From: Yuukianura sp. NJ FZ-2021
Lineage: Eukaryota
Reading direction: 5' to 3'
Assembly: GCA_046563655.1 (NCBI GenBank)
Contig: CM102285.1
Location: 13,888,001-13,952,000 of the forward strand
Length of the DNA: 64,000 nt
In this document: positions 51,151 through 64,000 of the stretch, piece by piece
How the letters are laid out: every line of letters begins with the position of its first letter
Position numbering within the stretch: the stretch's first letter is position 1
Translations under genes and position numbers: made by a program
Notes under the pieces: generated by a model
What the model saw: the letters and a program-made list of their open reading frames with translations, nothing else
Told to the model about the DNA's origin: nothing
The model's database searches: none

Positions 51151-54100
51151 ATGGCTGGAGTCACATCTAACGCTACTTTGGGTGGAGATCAAGGAATTGG
51201 ATCCAACAACTACGACTACCTCCAGCACACGACGATCCATCCTCAGCCGAATCCACCACAACAGTCTCAGCCAATCAACTACTATCCTCAGCACCAGCAG
51301 CAGCCACATGAAGCTCCTTATTTGAACAACCACCATCAGCAGCATCAGTACTACCATCAACAGCAGTACTATCAACCTCCTCCTCAAACGGATCAACAGG
51401 AACCTTGGCCACCCGTTGCCAGACAACATCCCGACAACAATCACTACCACCAGCAGCAATACTACCAACAACCCCAGCCACAACAGTACCATCCAAATCA
51501 AACCTACCATCAACAACAACAGCCACCACAACATGCGCCAATTCTTCAGTTGAGTTCATTCGTCAATCACAGTCATCCACAGTCACCGTCTCCTGGAGTG
51601 ATGTATCCGAACAGCAGTACTCCCGCTGGTTCTAGTGCTGGAATTGTGTCACCACCACCGCAAGGATCTATCAGTCCGATTCGTCCCGGTCCAGGATCAA
51701 GTCCCGGAGCTGCTTCTAATCATATGATGCCAGTTCGACTACAGGTTCGCTCATTGGTTTTGCTTGATCAAATCCAATTCCAAAATACCTTTAAAGTGCT
51801 TACTTAACATGACTGTTTGTTAAGGTGATGTGACAAATATTATATAAATAGGGAAAATTATGTCAATATTTAAGTGATTCTGTTTTTGTTTCGTTTCCAG
51901 AACATGGCTAAAGGAGCACGTACGAAGGCTGGAATGCGCAAATTGATGCAAATGCAAGGTCAGCAAGGCCACAATTCCAAACTGGAGGCTCAACCTAGTA
52001 CTATCCCAAATGCAACCACAAAGAAGACAAAGGGAAAGAAATCGCAAATGGCGGACCCAAAAACCCCGCCTACAAATTCAAAATCCCCGTCAACCAATGC
52101 GAAATCCCCTTCAACCAATGCAAAATCCCCGGCAGAAGAACCGTCTCCGGAGCCACGTGGGAAATCCCCGGTAGCAGGAAATTCAAATCGACAGAATTCT
52201 TCAAGCAGAACGCCTTCACCACGAGGCCAACGTCTTGAAAAATCAAAGACTCCTCCATCATCACCTTCCAAGAAAGGTCAAGCAAAAGGTCAACAGTCAC
52301 CAAGGTCAAGTCCACCAAAATCTATTACAACTGACTTAACTACTCCTACTCCCGCTCCGTCGTCACTCTTCTGTCCCACCCCAAGACCCATCACAATTGA
52401 AAACGTTGACCCATTCTACCAAGGTCAAAAGCCAATTTTCAATTCCTTACCCAAAACACCTAAGCCATCTGATGTTCTCTTTGAGAAACTTGGATTAGAT
52501 AAGGAAAAGAAACCGCCTCCCAAACGGCCCATCAAAACAAAAGATCCTCCTGTCATTGTCAAAAAACGTCGTGATTCGACTTCTACTTTATCAAGTGACC
52601 AAAGTCATTCCGAAGACCTGCCAGATCTAGAAGAACATTCCGTCGTCCATACCGCTCCGAAAACTGAAGTAATCGAACCGGTAAGACCGAGAACTCGACG
52701 AAATTATTCCGGGTCAACTGATACTACTGAAGACAGTAGTTCAATCAAATCGTCATCTCCCGTACGCAGTCCTTCTCCACCGTCTAAACGTAAAACCAAC
52801 GTCATGTCGAAATCGAAACAGGTCAAGGTCAAGAAGGAACCTTCGACGACACCGAAACGTACTCCAAGTAGTCGAAAGGCAAAAGATGACAGGGACTCTA
52901 CCATGTCATCTTCATGTTCACCTCCAGTTCGTCATTCTGCGAAAGACAAGGACACTCCAATTTCTGCACAAGCCACGCCCGAAATCAAAACGAAACGGAA
53001 GTATACAAAACGAAAACTGGCCAATTCGCGTACTACTACCAAAAATACGCCAAAGCACAAAAGCTTAGAGTCCTCAAAGGTTGATTTTACTGCAGCGTCT
53101 ATTTCTATTGCAGAGGTGGCTGCCGCAATTGTTCAGCCAGGTTTAGCCGCAACTCCTATCAAACCTGTGTCAGATCAAAATCAAGTCAGCACTCCAGCTC
53201 AGTCGACTCCTGCCGAAGGTGAAGTTAGGACAAAACGGAAGTATGTCAGGAGGAAACCACTCAAGTCACAAATTCGAGCTATGCAAGCCCAGCTTTTGGC
53301 ACAACGTCAAGCCATGATGACAAGTTCAACTACTGTCAAGAGAGAACGAAAGAGGAAGAGAGGTACTGCCGGAGAGACTAAATTAAGCGTTACTCTTCCT
53401 CCAGAAATCAGCGTCATTCCAATTCAGTCTCCAATTACCACGAAAATTAAGTCTGAACCAGGATTGCGCACAAAGAGGAAGTACACTTACAGAGTCAGAA
53501 ACAGAAAACAACCAAAAACGGCTACAAAGTTGAAAGTTGAAAACAAGGAAGTGTCAACTGAAGAAGAAGAGGAAGAGGGCGGACAGGAACAATTGAATTG
53601 TGCACAGTCAAGTCCCGATCCTCATCTTCGTCAAATTGGTACTCGAAGTGGATCGTCGGTTTGGATAGAGGCGACTATGGAGAAGAAACGATTAACTGAC
53701 GTTAGGAAGATGAAGAAACCGACTATTTGGGCCAAATCGGCTGCTGCAGCTCCGCAAACTGGGACAACTGATGTCAGTGTCAAGAAGGAACCTGGACCGA
53801 GCCTAAAAGTCAAACAGGGGATGGTCAAGTTTTATCGAGGGAATGTCGAGGAAGATGTTGACGAAGCTTTTAAAAAGTTGGACGTTGTGTTAAAGGTTAG
53901 TTAAATTAAGCAGTTACTATTGGTTAACGATAAGTACAGATTTTTTGTACTAATGTTATTTTTTGTGTGATTCACAGGATAGTGTTGGTGTATCTAAAGA
54001 CTGTGACGACGATAGTCCTTGGCTCTGTATTTTCTGTGGACTTGGACCACATGATATGCGTCTCGGAGACTTATTTGGCCCGTACTATGTTCATAACCTT

Positions 54101-54523
54101 TCCGACAACAAGCATAATCGTGAAGCTTCCAAGACCGAGGTGTGGGTGCATACGGGTAAGTCACTTTTTGTCTGAAAAACGCTGAAAAATGCTGCTGAAT
54201 ACTGTAAACCTGGAGTACTGAATACTGAAATGCTTGAATTTTTTAAATTTTTTATGTGCTGGTGTTCAGACTGCGCTCTTTGGGCTGGAGACGTCATTCT
54301 TGTGGGTTCGACTTTGCGAAATCTGGACGAAGCTGTGTATGAAGCTGGAAAAGTCGCTTGCAATATTTGTCAAAATGCTGGTGCGACTATTGGCTGCTTG
54401 AAGAGAGGCTGCAAAGAGACTGCTCACTTTCCATGCGCCAAACTGAACGACTGGAGTCTCAACGGCGAAACTTTCAGGAGTCATTGCAGTGCCCACTTGG
54501 CTGAAGCTCATAAGAAATGTTAA
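51151..54523 (+). CDS. TCF20/RAI1-like chromatin protein with C-terminal extended PHD (ePHD) finger
   Basis: Q/P/H/Y-rich N-terminus, long S/P/K-rich disordered region, C-terminal CIFC...LGDLFGPY...EVWVHT|DCALWA...CNICQNAGATIGCLKRGCKETAHFPCA...CSAH. Confidence 0.8.
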
Positions 54524-54685
54524 GACATTCGTATGATGCAGAGTTCTCTATATTTAATTCTAAGATTCTAAATAGTACTGTCGAGTACTTATCGAGTTCT
54601 AACGTCCCAAATGACTGTAAAGATTATTAAATTTTAAGTAACTAACTTAATTGATCAATTAATCAGATGTCATGCTTATCACAAC

Positions 54686-56763
54686 CTAATCGGTCTCTTT
54701 AAATCCAGAGATGGTCAGCATCAAGGCATGGAATCGCTGTTCTCCAGCGAGACAGTTGATGTAGGAGACATAAGGAGTGACGCCTTTTTCTCTGACGACG
54801 ATGGCCAGTGTATTGGGTTCGGGTGTGACGGTGAGGAGTTGTTGTCCAGTAGAATCAGCGTAAACAGTTTGACCTCCGAACGTGTCGCTCCAACTGAAGT
54901 CTCCGAAGTAGTAAATAACGTCAATCTCCCTCTCATCGTGGTCACCTTCTTCGTCTTCTGACAGAAGTTCGTTTTCTTGTTCGGTATCGCTCGATACTGG
55001 ATTCGCTGGAACCGGAGATTCAGCATTTTGGTTTGAGGTTTCGCTGGATACTGGAATCGCTGGAGCCGATTTTTCAGCAGTTGGTTCAATATTTGGTGAC
55101 GATTGGGTTTCGCTGGATACTGGAATCGCTGGAAGTGATTTTTCAGCGGCTGGTTCAAGATTCGGTGTTGACTCGATTTCGTCGTTTTCTTCTTCGTCTT
55201 CTTCAGCGATTTCCCATTCTTCGCCTTCGTCGTCATCGTCTTCTTCTTCATCGTGATTGGTTGGCTGAGCATTGCGGTTGTCCGTGTGCTTGTCTTTGAG
55301 TAAAATGTAATCCTTGTGCTGGAATCTGCGTAGGGAACATGTGACTCTGCAACTATCCTGCAGAAGCTCAAATTCCGTAACTTTTTCTAGAAATTGGTAA
55401 AATTTCTTAGAGAAGAAAACTTGAATGAAGTTTTGAAATTCGAGTGGATACGATGAGTCTAAAATTGGCAGAAGACGCTCCTTTGGGCTCTGAAACGAGC
55501 GTAAATTGGCAGGTCCCTGTTGTTTCCATTGGATCTGGTTTCCTTCCAGAATGGATAGTATTGGATCATACTTTTCAGTGCGAATGAGTAGTTTGAGTTT
55601 GGCAATTGAGTATTCTTCTAAAGATGCGTTGATTGCAGAGAAGTTTGATGGTGACAGGTACTCTTCTGTGATAAAAGTGTCAAAGTTTTCACTTGAACTC
55701 AAAGTTTCCAGGATGGAGTGGGATTCTGGATCGGGAAAGTTCAGTACTGGACGAGGTAGAGGTTCTCCATAAAACCAACCACTCACTGCCAACCGTCGTG
55801 CGTTTTGACCAATGACTTCGGCAACTTGATGAAACGACTTGGAAGTGACGTTGAAGAAGACCAATTTGTTGAATGCCGGGTTGATGGATTTGACGATATC
55901 CAACGGTTCGGTTTCTAGAATAGTAAATGATGTTATGTAAATCATGTATGAACTTAATGTTATAATTTTGAAAAGTTTACTGTCAGATGAAGCGAAGAGG
56001 TCAAGCGATCCACCGTTGACAGGATTCCAATCTTCGCTCAAATACAAAATGAAAGCAATTCGTCTTGATTCCAATTCATCATCGTGACAGAGTAAAAAGT
56101 CTGTTAAAATTTTGAAATATTTTTGAATCTGTAAAATTAATTTGTGATAGTTACAATGAATCACCGTTTTACCGGTTTGGTTGTATTCAGAGAAAAACAT
56201 GTCCACCTTTCCGTCCAGTGGAATTCCAGTAACGTCTTTCAGGAATTCCAACACTGTCGTTTCGAAAAACTCTCTAAAAGATACAAATAACGTTTTGTCA
56301 ATTAGTTCATTGATTTCTAGCTAGTAATCGTAATGATTTTTTTTAGTAAACCAAACCTCAACACTTGAACTTCCGGAACAGCAACTGATACGAGGTCACT
56401 TGATTGTTTGAACTTGAACAAATCGCTTGACTTTCCCTCCAGTTTCACTTCATGTAGGATCTTCTTGACCAGACCTTGGAGATACTCTGTTTCCGCAATG
56501 AATCCAAAGATTTCCACATGCAAAAACGGATTAGCGGAAAAGATCACCTTTTGCTTTATTCCTGTTTCACAAAAGATCGTAATTAGTTGAGGTTTTTACT
56601 GTCAAATTGATTCGTGTGCCTTACCATTGTATCGGTAACTTATTTCAGCTTCTCTTTCCCAGACCTGCCGAAGTTCCCGTTTAATTCTATCCTTGTCATG
56701 GTCCCAGTTCACTGACAACTTTGGTTCCAGCTTAAGTCGTTTTGACGGCCCAGGTATGTCCAT
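54686..56763 (-). CDS. OGFOD1: Prolyl 3-hydroxylase OGFOD1 (sudestada1/Tpa1 family)
   Basis: SDLFKFKQSSDL, DFLLCHDDELESRRIAFILYL (HxD), GGSLDLF, SFHQVAEV, RLAVSGWF, and the second domain WKQQGPANLR ... GGQTVY ... LLTVTPEPNTLAIV. Confidence 0.92.
54980..55170 (-). repeat. Coding tandem repeat (~63-bp unit, ~3 copies) inside OGFOD1
   Basis: PNLEPAAEKSLPAIPVSSETQSS / PNIEPTAEKSAPAIPVSSET / NAESPVPANPVSSDT. Confidence 0.8.
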
Positions 56764-58018
56764 TCTTCAAGATCTGACAATCGAATCTCCGGAGCTAGCC
56801 TAAAATCAACCACAAATATACAGGCTCCGCTCCAACCAATGAAGTTACAAATCTCATTACTTACACTTTTCTACTACATAATGGATTAATAATTATGTTC
56901 CTTACGGTAGGTTGGCGTTTGGTTAACGTTTTCCGTTTGAGTTTGACCTCCGACGAATCTGCAACTGCCCTGACAGTAATGAACAATGAAGCGAAGCGAC
57001 ACACAGTGACAGTGACCCTCACTCGTCAATTAATTAGCCGCAACCTTTAACGCCGAACAGAAACACATTTGTCTCGCGGCATCGCATTGGAGGATGATGC
57101 AGACTGCTTGGCGCTGAGAAATTCTAAAAATATCTCGTGGAGGCCACAAAAAATGATAAAAATCTTGGTTTCCAAATGTTTTGAGCAATAAGTAACCAAA
57201 CGTTGAGTATGTCATTCAACAGTCATCCTCACCAGGGTCATCAGGTCATCAGTCATCAATCACTAATGTAATAAAGGTTGATCTATTTCATATATTTTTA
57301 CGGACCGACATCCTAATAATTAAATTGAAACTTCACTCATCGTCATTCGTCATCATCTTCGTCCTTAAGCCAGCCGTGTGAGGTGTGAGTTGTGCAAAGG
57401 AGAAGCTCTTCAACATCAAAGATCTCCGTCAAATTTTGTGTAAACGTAAAGTAAACAAAACCAAAATGGCAAGAACAACAACAGATGAGCGGATCTGCAG
57501 ATTCTACATGGGAAGGGAAAATTTGAGGTAAAATTTCAAGTTTCTCATTTGCATATTCAATCTCTGTAAACTTTTAGTGTTGATATCCATAATCCTATCA
57601 GGTTATTATTGCAGGAAGTTCATCAATCTGAGGGAGGATCCTTGCTAAACGCTAAAAGTGATCTACGGTGTTTATCTAAATCCATTGTCTGCAGTCTGCC
57701 TTTGTGTGGGCTTCCATTGTTCCATTGATCCTCAAAACGTCAGGCGGAGGTTCACTTTACAAATGGATTCAGTCGGGGAACACTGATAATTAAAACTGGT
57801 AAATTACAGAGAGATGTAAGTCAAAAACTAGTCAAGTTAATCTTGCATTATGTAATCAATTACAGCATTTGCCATTGTTATCCATTATGCTGTCTATTGA
57901 AATAGGGTGGAGGAATTTCACTTTTTAACACTAAACCTTTCCGGAACATTCACTGAGACTGATGTGAAGCAGCTAAAACACGACCCAGCATTTCCAGTTA
58001 TCTCAAGAAAACTAAACG

Positions 58019-59771
58019 ATGCATCTTGTAAATAGATACAAAGTAGTGACTCTTGGAACTCTTCTATTCTTGGGGGCTTCTCTTTTCTACTTACTTTTAC
58101 TATCTGAACGGTTAAACTTTCTCTTCAAGGTAAGTATTAACGATAAGTTACAAATATTAGGTTCAAGATTCCCCAAAGAAAAGCCCTTAAAACGTTAATT
58201 GATCGTTTTTGTTTAGCCAGTTACAACGAAACCACCGCAGCCACTGGGATTGGAAACACAGACCAAAGAGATTCATACCGGTGCCAAACTACTAAATGGA
58301 ACCAGAAGTCAATTATTAACGAATGAGATTCCAATTAATCATAATGATGACGATGACTATGACGATGGGCCTGGAGCTGAAGTTTTGGTTGACTTCCCAA
58401 CACCGAAGTTGGAGATGGAGAACCTGGATTCCTATGTTTTGAATCAAACAGTGAAGAACTTTGGACGTACTTCCAGAATCTTCCATCCAATGTACTCATT
58501 AGAACTGGATCGTCCAGTGGACAAGTCCAAGTTAGCGTCGTTAGAAAATGAAGAGTTCACAATCGTAATGATGACGTACAAGAGGACTGAGATGATGCTG
58601 AAACTTCTGAAGCATCTTGATCATCTGCCAAACTTGAATCAATTGATATTAATCTGGAACAATCAGGAGCTGCCTGAACCGGAACTGAAGTGGCCAACTG
58701 TCAGTTACAAAATTCGGGTAAGTCCAAAGCTAATCTTCATAGTTTCAAATGTGTAACTAATTGAAGTCGATTTTTTTTCAGTTGGTCAGTAATCACAAGA
58801 ATACTTTACATAATCGGTATCTCCCTCTCAGTATTGTCACAACAGAAGCCATTTTCCTCCTGGATGACGATTCCTTTGTCGTTCATGAGAAATTTAATGA
58901 AGCGTTTCGGTAACTGTGTTCTAAAAACTTCATTAATAACAAAAAATTAATTAAGAGCATTAATTAATTAATTAACAAATTCTAGTTAACGTCTAATTTT
59001 GTTGGAACAGAATCTGGCAGAACAATCGAGACAGGATCGTTGGTTTCAAAGGTCGTGGGGTCAAGTACGTCCAATATTCAAACGGATCTTCACTTGGACG
59101 ATGGATTTACGATCCCATTCCACGGCAAGACGCCGTGTCACTTGTCCTTACCGGTACTAAAATTTCAGAAATTAATTAATTCTATTCCTAATTAGTTTGC
59201 TTAATTACTCTGTTTTTTTTTGAAAGGCTGTGCATTTCTTCATCGAAACTTTATGGATCTCTACACTTATGAAATGCCACTGGCAATGCGGAAAATCATA
59301 GACGAAACAATGAACTGTGATGATCTAGCAATCAACTTCCTCGTTGCTGATCGTATTCAAAAGTCGCCAATTTTCGTTCGGCATGAAGCAAGTTTTTTGT
59401 GTTCAGGTTGTGAAGACAATGGGCTCTGGAAGGACTCGTCACATTTCAAGGAGCGAACGAATTGCTTGAATCAATTCTCAGAGGTCAGCAAAATTGAAAA
59501 TTATCAATTAAATTAGTATTCTCTTTTTAAACAACTAACTTTTTTTGATCCTAAGATATTCGGCTACATGCCGCTGTTCAAGCAAGGACCACAACAACCC
59601 GACGGGACTATTAAGGTGGAAGACTGTGGTCGTTTTACATTTCAGTCGTGGTTACCAAGATCTTTAGTACCGTCTCTCACTACGTCAATTTCCAACACCT
59701 TCCAGTGTAATGCAGCTTTAACTTTGACCTTCCAATTACTAATCCTACTAACACCATTGACTGCTTACTAA
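58019..59771 (+). CDS. Exostosin-like GT64 glycosyltransferase (EXTL2-like, GT64 domain only)
   Basis: Type II anchor MHLVNRYKVVTLGTLLFLGASLFYLLLL; FTIVMMTYKR, ILIWNN, NTLHNRYLP, TEAIFLLDDD, DRIVGF, LVLT|GCAFLH, NCDDLAINFLV, HFKERTNCLNQFSE|IFGYMPL. Confidence 0.87.
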
Positions 59772-60386
59772 AAGGATCTGTTATGCTTTACAACTTTTAT
59801 CAATTTCTAACCCATACCGGATCCGGAAGACTGAAATTCTTTTGCAGCTTTAACGTACTCCAGAAATTAAATTTCTTCCTACGAATCTTTGTAGTCTTTG
59901 GTTGTGTAATCTTTTTAGTGTACTACAGTTAATTAGCATTTAGATGACATAAAGATATTTTAAGTGTTTAAAGTTATGAGACGAAAGTAAAATGTAGGTT
60001 AATTGATTGATCTGTGTTGATTTTAATTTGAATCGAAATCTGCCTGCACCAGCATTAGACAATTCAATTTCCTTAAGTAAGTGCTAAAGTGCTGCGCTTT
60101 GCGCTAATTGACCTTGCTTAAGCGCAGTTACACCGTTAGTGCTCCCCACCGTGGCGAGTCAATAGTAATAAGTTGTGGGAACTACTACAAATTTTCACGA
60201 CGTCAATAATTGACGACGCGAAAATTTTTGGACGTGGCGCTAAAGTGGAGGTACCCAAGCGAGAGATCACATTCAATAAGATTCAATCGAATACCGGCAA
60301 AACGTGTCCTTTGTGTTGTGTTGCTTTCTGGAAGGAAGAGATAACCGGCCGAAATGTCACTTTCGAAAGATCAAAGCAAAGTTAAA

Positions 60387-61834
60387 ATGACCAAGACGAA
60401 GACGATGAATCGCCAACTGAAATTTATTGGAACAGCTGTCGGGATTTTCGTTTGTTACTTTTATTACGGAATTCTTCAAGAGAGCATGTAAGACGAGCAA
60501 AACATTTTAAAATGCTACTGTACTATTCTAAACAATGTCTGTCCGTGTTATATTTTATGTTGAACTCAATTATTAATCGAACATATGCTTCATTCTTTTG
60601 TTAATTTAGCACCAAAGGAAAGTTCGTGCTGGAAGATGGAACGAGAGAACCATTTACATTCACGTTGTCACTGGTCGCTATTCAGTGCATTGTCAATTAC
60701 ATCTACTCACTTATTTGTAAGTAATCCATAAAAGTAGTCAGAAATTCAAAGATCGTAAAACGATGATAAGGTAATTTCTCTAATAAATGTTTGTCTGATT
60801 GGCAGTATTGCGATATGCGACACCAGTGAAGGATTCCCATGGGAAAGTACAGAAGAGGCTCTACGCGGCATGCTCTCTTACCTATCTTTTGGCGATGGTC
60901 ACCAGTAACATGAGTCTCAGATGGGTGTCATACCCTACGCAGGTACAGTTGAATTACTAAAACTACGATTAACTATATAAGCAGTATGAGTTGATCATGA
61001 CAATCAGGACAATGTAATCAAAGTTACTTCAATTATTGATTTTAGGTAATCGGGAAATCATGTAAACCGATTCCTGTGATGATTCTTGGAGTGCTAGTTG
61101 GTGGGAGGAGTTATGCTCTCAGGAAGTACATGTTCGTGCTTATCATTGTCACTGGAGTGGCCATGTTCATGTACAATCCAAACAAGGCTTCTTCTGCCGG
61201 CTCAGCAGCCACTGCTGCTGGTGGTTACTTAGGGATTGGAGAAATGATGCTGGTAAGTTTTTTTTTGTCCCAAAGACTAAACCCCTGAATTTATATTGAT
61301 CTAATTGATTCGATTACTAATTTACTAGCTCATGAGTTTATCAATGGATGGATTGACTGGAGCAATTCAAGAACGAATGAGAGGAGAAAGCCATGCCAAA
61401 CCCAATTCAGCTCATATGATGAAGATGATGAATCTATTTTCTACAGGATATACGATAATCGGTGAGTCGTGCCAAATTGTAGGCAGACATTTTAGCGAAG
61501 TTATTGATTTTTAACATTTTTCAACTAAAAATACTTTTCTGTAGGTATTATTCTAACTGGAGAACTTGGGAGCTTCGCCGCGTTTGTCCAGCGCCACCCG
61601 TTCATTGTTTACGAAATGCTGACGTTCTCACTGGCCAGTGCTTTCGGGCAGTTTTTCATTTTCGTCATGGTCAGTGACTTTGGTCCACTGCCGTGCTCCA
61701 TTGTGACAACTACCAGAAAGTTCTTTACCGTCCTGGCCAGTGTCATCTTCTTTGGTAACGTTTTGACCGGACTACAATGGCTTGGAGCCTCTGCAGTATT
61801 TGCTGGACTAACTCTGGACAGTATTTACAAGTAA
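60387..61834 (+). CDS. SLC35B1: ER nucleotide-sugar/ATP-ADP transporter SLC35B1 (meigo-like)
   Basis: [99 protein letters not shown]. Confidence 0.93.
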
Positions 61835-64000
61835 ACTGACGAGTGACGAAGAGCCGTGCCCGTAATGCAGCTGTGCTACTACCCACCATTGTTTTTTTAA
61901 GTTCCAGAGATTAAAAACACTGGAGATTGTTGGGCAAAAACACTTCAAAATGGCTAATCTTCATCATATGAGGCAGATTACGCAACTTGTTCAGGCAATT
62001 TGTAAAAAATCGGACTAGTGGAATTAGTAATCTCTGGTCCACTTGAGTCATTTCGCAATCTAGCAGCGATTTCCTCTTTAGGGCAAAGTGTCAGCATTTA
62101 GTCTTTTTACAACTGAAATTCACAAACTCATCAGTTTTTGGAAGCACATGAACAATTTAAAACGGATGACAAGGACTTTGGATTTCAACATAACGCTCCC
62201 AATTGAGATTTCGACATTTTTACATTCTTCATATGTACATTTTCACAAATGTACGTTTCTACATGCGTTTCTACATATTAGACGTTACATTTAAGGAAAT
62301 TCCAGCTAATCAGCCAATAGGAAACCACTGTTGAGTCATCGGGACAACCACAAGCAAATCTTGGAAAAATGTCATTTCCTTTTCCTCTTTAGCAATTTTT
62401 TGCAATCCAAGTTCCAATTGCGGATATTGGTTTAGGAAATTTTAGATTTTCAATTGAATTCACCGAATTGAGGCTCTAGCGGTGCGGTAAGGTTTAGAAA
62501 TGCTCACTTGTTGAAGGATTTTTGGATGAGGATCAAGAGGAGGGTTGTTGACCTTTGGCATTGATCCAAAGCCCAGAGGATGATGAATCTTCATGATAGT
62601 TTTACTGTTTTCTCTGTCAAGGTTATAAAAGTCACTGATGAATCAAGTAATTAGTTGATGAGGAGTGATTTCTTGCACCTCCTTCTTGATGTTTTGTGAT
62701 GAATTGAGATTGAATCCTATTGAACCAGTTTGTGTTTACCTCTAGCCGGTTCTTTCTCCCTCACCTGTTTATACTTTGTTGTTAAAAATCGTTGGACCGT
62801 GTCCTGGCCCAAGAACTTTCTTAATTCATCGTTTCATGTCCAAAAAAAAAGATCAACAAGGACCAAACGAAGGTTCCTTTGCCTTTGAGTCGTAGCCCAT
62901 ATTTGGCCATGGACAGAGCGATGAAAGATGATTGTTTGCCACTTCATTCATGTGTTCACCCAAAAGTCCAAGAATTCCACACAATAGAGGATGCGATGAT
63001 GCCAAAGTCGGTCTGCTAAACTTAAGAAGAAGTGCCCATAAAAAGCACACCTCGTCACATCCAGGGTTAGACGCAACCTTGATGGGTATCCCCATCCCCA
63101 CTGAAATCGGAAAATAAAAATAAATAATAAAAAAATTAAACATATATGTTATGTACTTCTATTACAGTAATATGTACTTTTAGAGTTTTTCAATAAATAA
63201 TGCCCTTTTCAATAAAAATGTACTATTGAGCAAACTAAAACTTGTAATAAACACTCTCTTTTAATTACTACCGGATAATTAATTACTCATAGCTTTTTTT
63301 TTCTCTGCATTTAAATTAATTTAATTAAACTGATTTAAATTGTAACATTAGAATTAGAAAAAATTGGAGCCATGGATTTTGGTAAAAACCATTTAATTTT
63401 TTAAAGTTATAAATTGTTTTTAAATGCTACCCATTTCGCCCCAGTCAAATTGATTTGAAAACGTTTTAAATTAAGTTACGATTAATTTTTTTTAACGCAC
63501 TTTTTATGATTCAATTACTAATTTTAGTAATGTGTAATATGTAATAAAATAAAAACATCTAAAAAAGAAAAAATAATTTATTTATATCTGTTACCCTTTA
63601 CCCAGATACCCGGGTAATGCCTAACCCTGTCGTCTGCACCCCTCCTTTTCCCTCAAAGGAAGCGAGGGTGACAAGAGTAAGTTTGAGCCGGGGTTGAGGG
63701 ATTGACCAATGGGAGGACTCCATACAACTTATGCCCATATTTGGTCATGATTTTTGTAAAAGCAGAGGGGGAGCTCAAGCGCAGGAGAGGGGAACTCTAC
63801 GGCTAGAGCTGGCGTTCGTCATGAAAATTCCACTGAACACTACGTCCTGCTCTACCCTGTGGATGGACTCCTCCATAAAGCCTCTCTCCACCGAAAAGAC
63901 TCCAAACTGACACTTCCCTCGGTCACTCAGTCGCCGGTTCTCTCTCGAGTAGGTCATCCTCTACTTGTCTCTCTTCTCGTTCGTAAATCCTCAAGTTAAT

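Noticed and set aside
63062..63629. Possible MITE bounded by CAGGGTTAG / CTAACCCTG
   Set aside because: Only 9 bp match and there is no target-site duplication, so the left end is probably coincidental.

Overview
Gene-dense eukaryotic genomic DNA with short AT-rich GT-AG introns. The proteins look invertebrate, probably arthropod, but the species cannot be determined. No prokaryotic systems, CRISPR arrays, rRNA or tRNA genes were seen. Fifteen spliced protein-coding genes can be reconstructed by hand: syntrophin (+), a divergent condensin kleisin CAP-H/Barren (+), purine nucleoside phosphorylase (-), TPPP/p25 with alternative long and short N-termini (+), an unrecognised ~1200-aa secreted protein built from amphipathic-helix repeats (+), PAK1IP1 (+), MAPK15/ERK7 (-), SLC25A17/PMP34 (-), GM130/GOLGA2-like golgin (-), BORCS7 (-, absent from the ORF track), FAM110-like (-), TCF20/RAI1-like ePHD protein (+), OGFOD1 (-), a stand-alone GT64 exostosin-like enzyme (+) and SLC35B1 (+). 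There is also an internally deleted hAT transposon with an 8-bp TSD, a 264-bp MITE and several tandem repeats. The most notable observations are the orphan secreted multi-helix repeat protein, a probable BORCS7-GM130 dicistronic unit (36-nt spacer), a long His-rich insert in the golgin, and six perfect AGGTCAAAGGTCA (DR1) elements. Gene models and family calls come from manual translation and motif recognition, not database searches.
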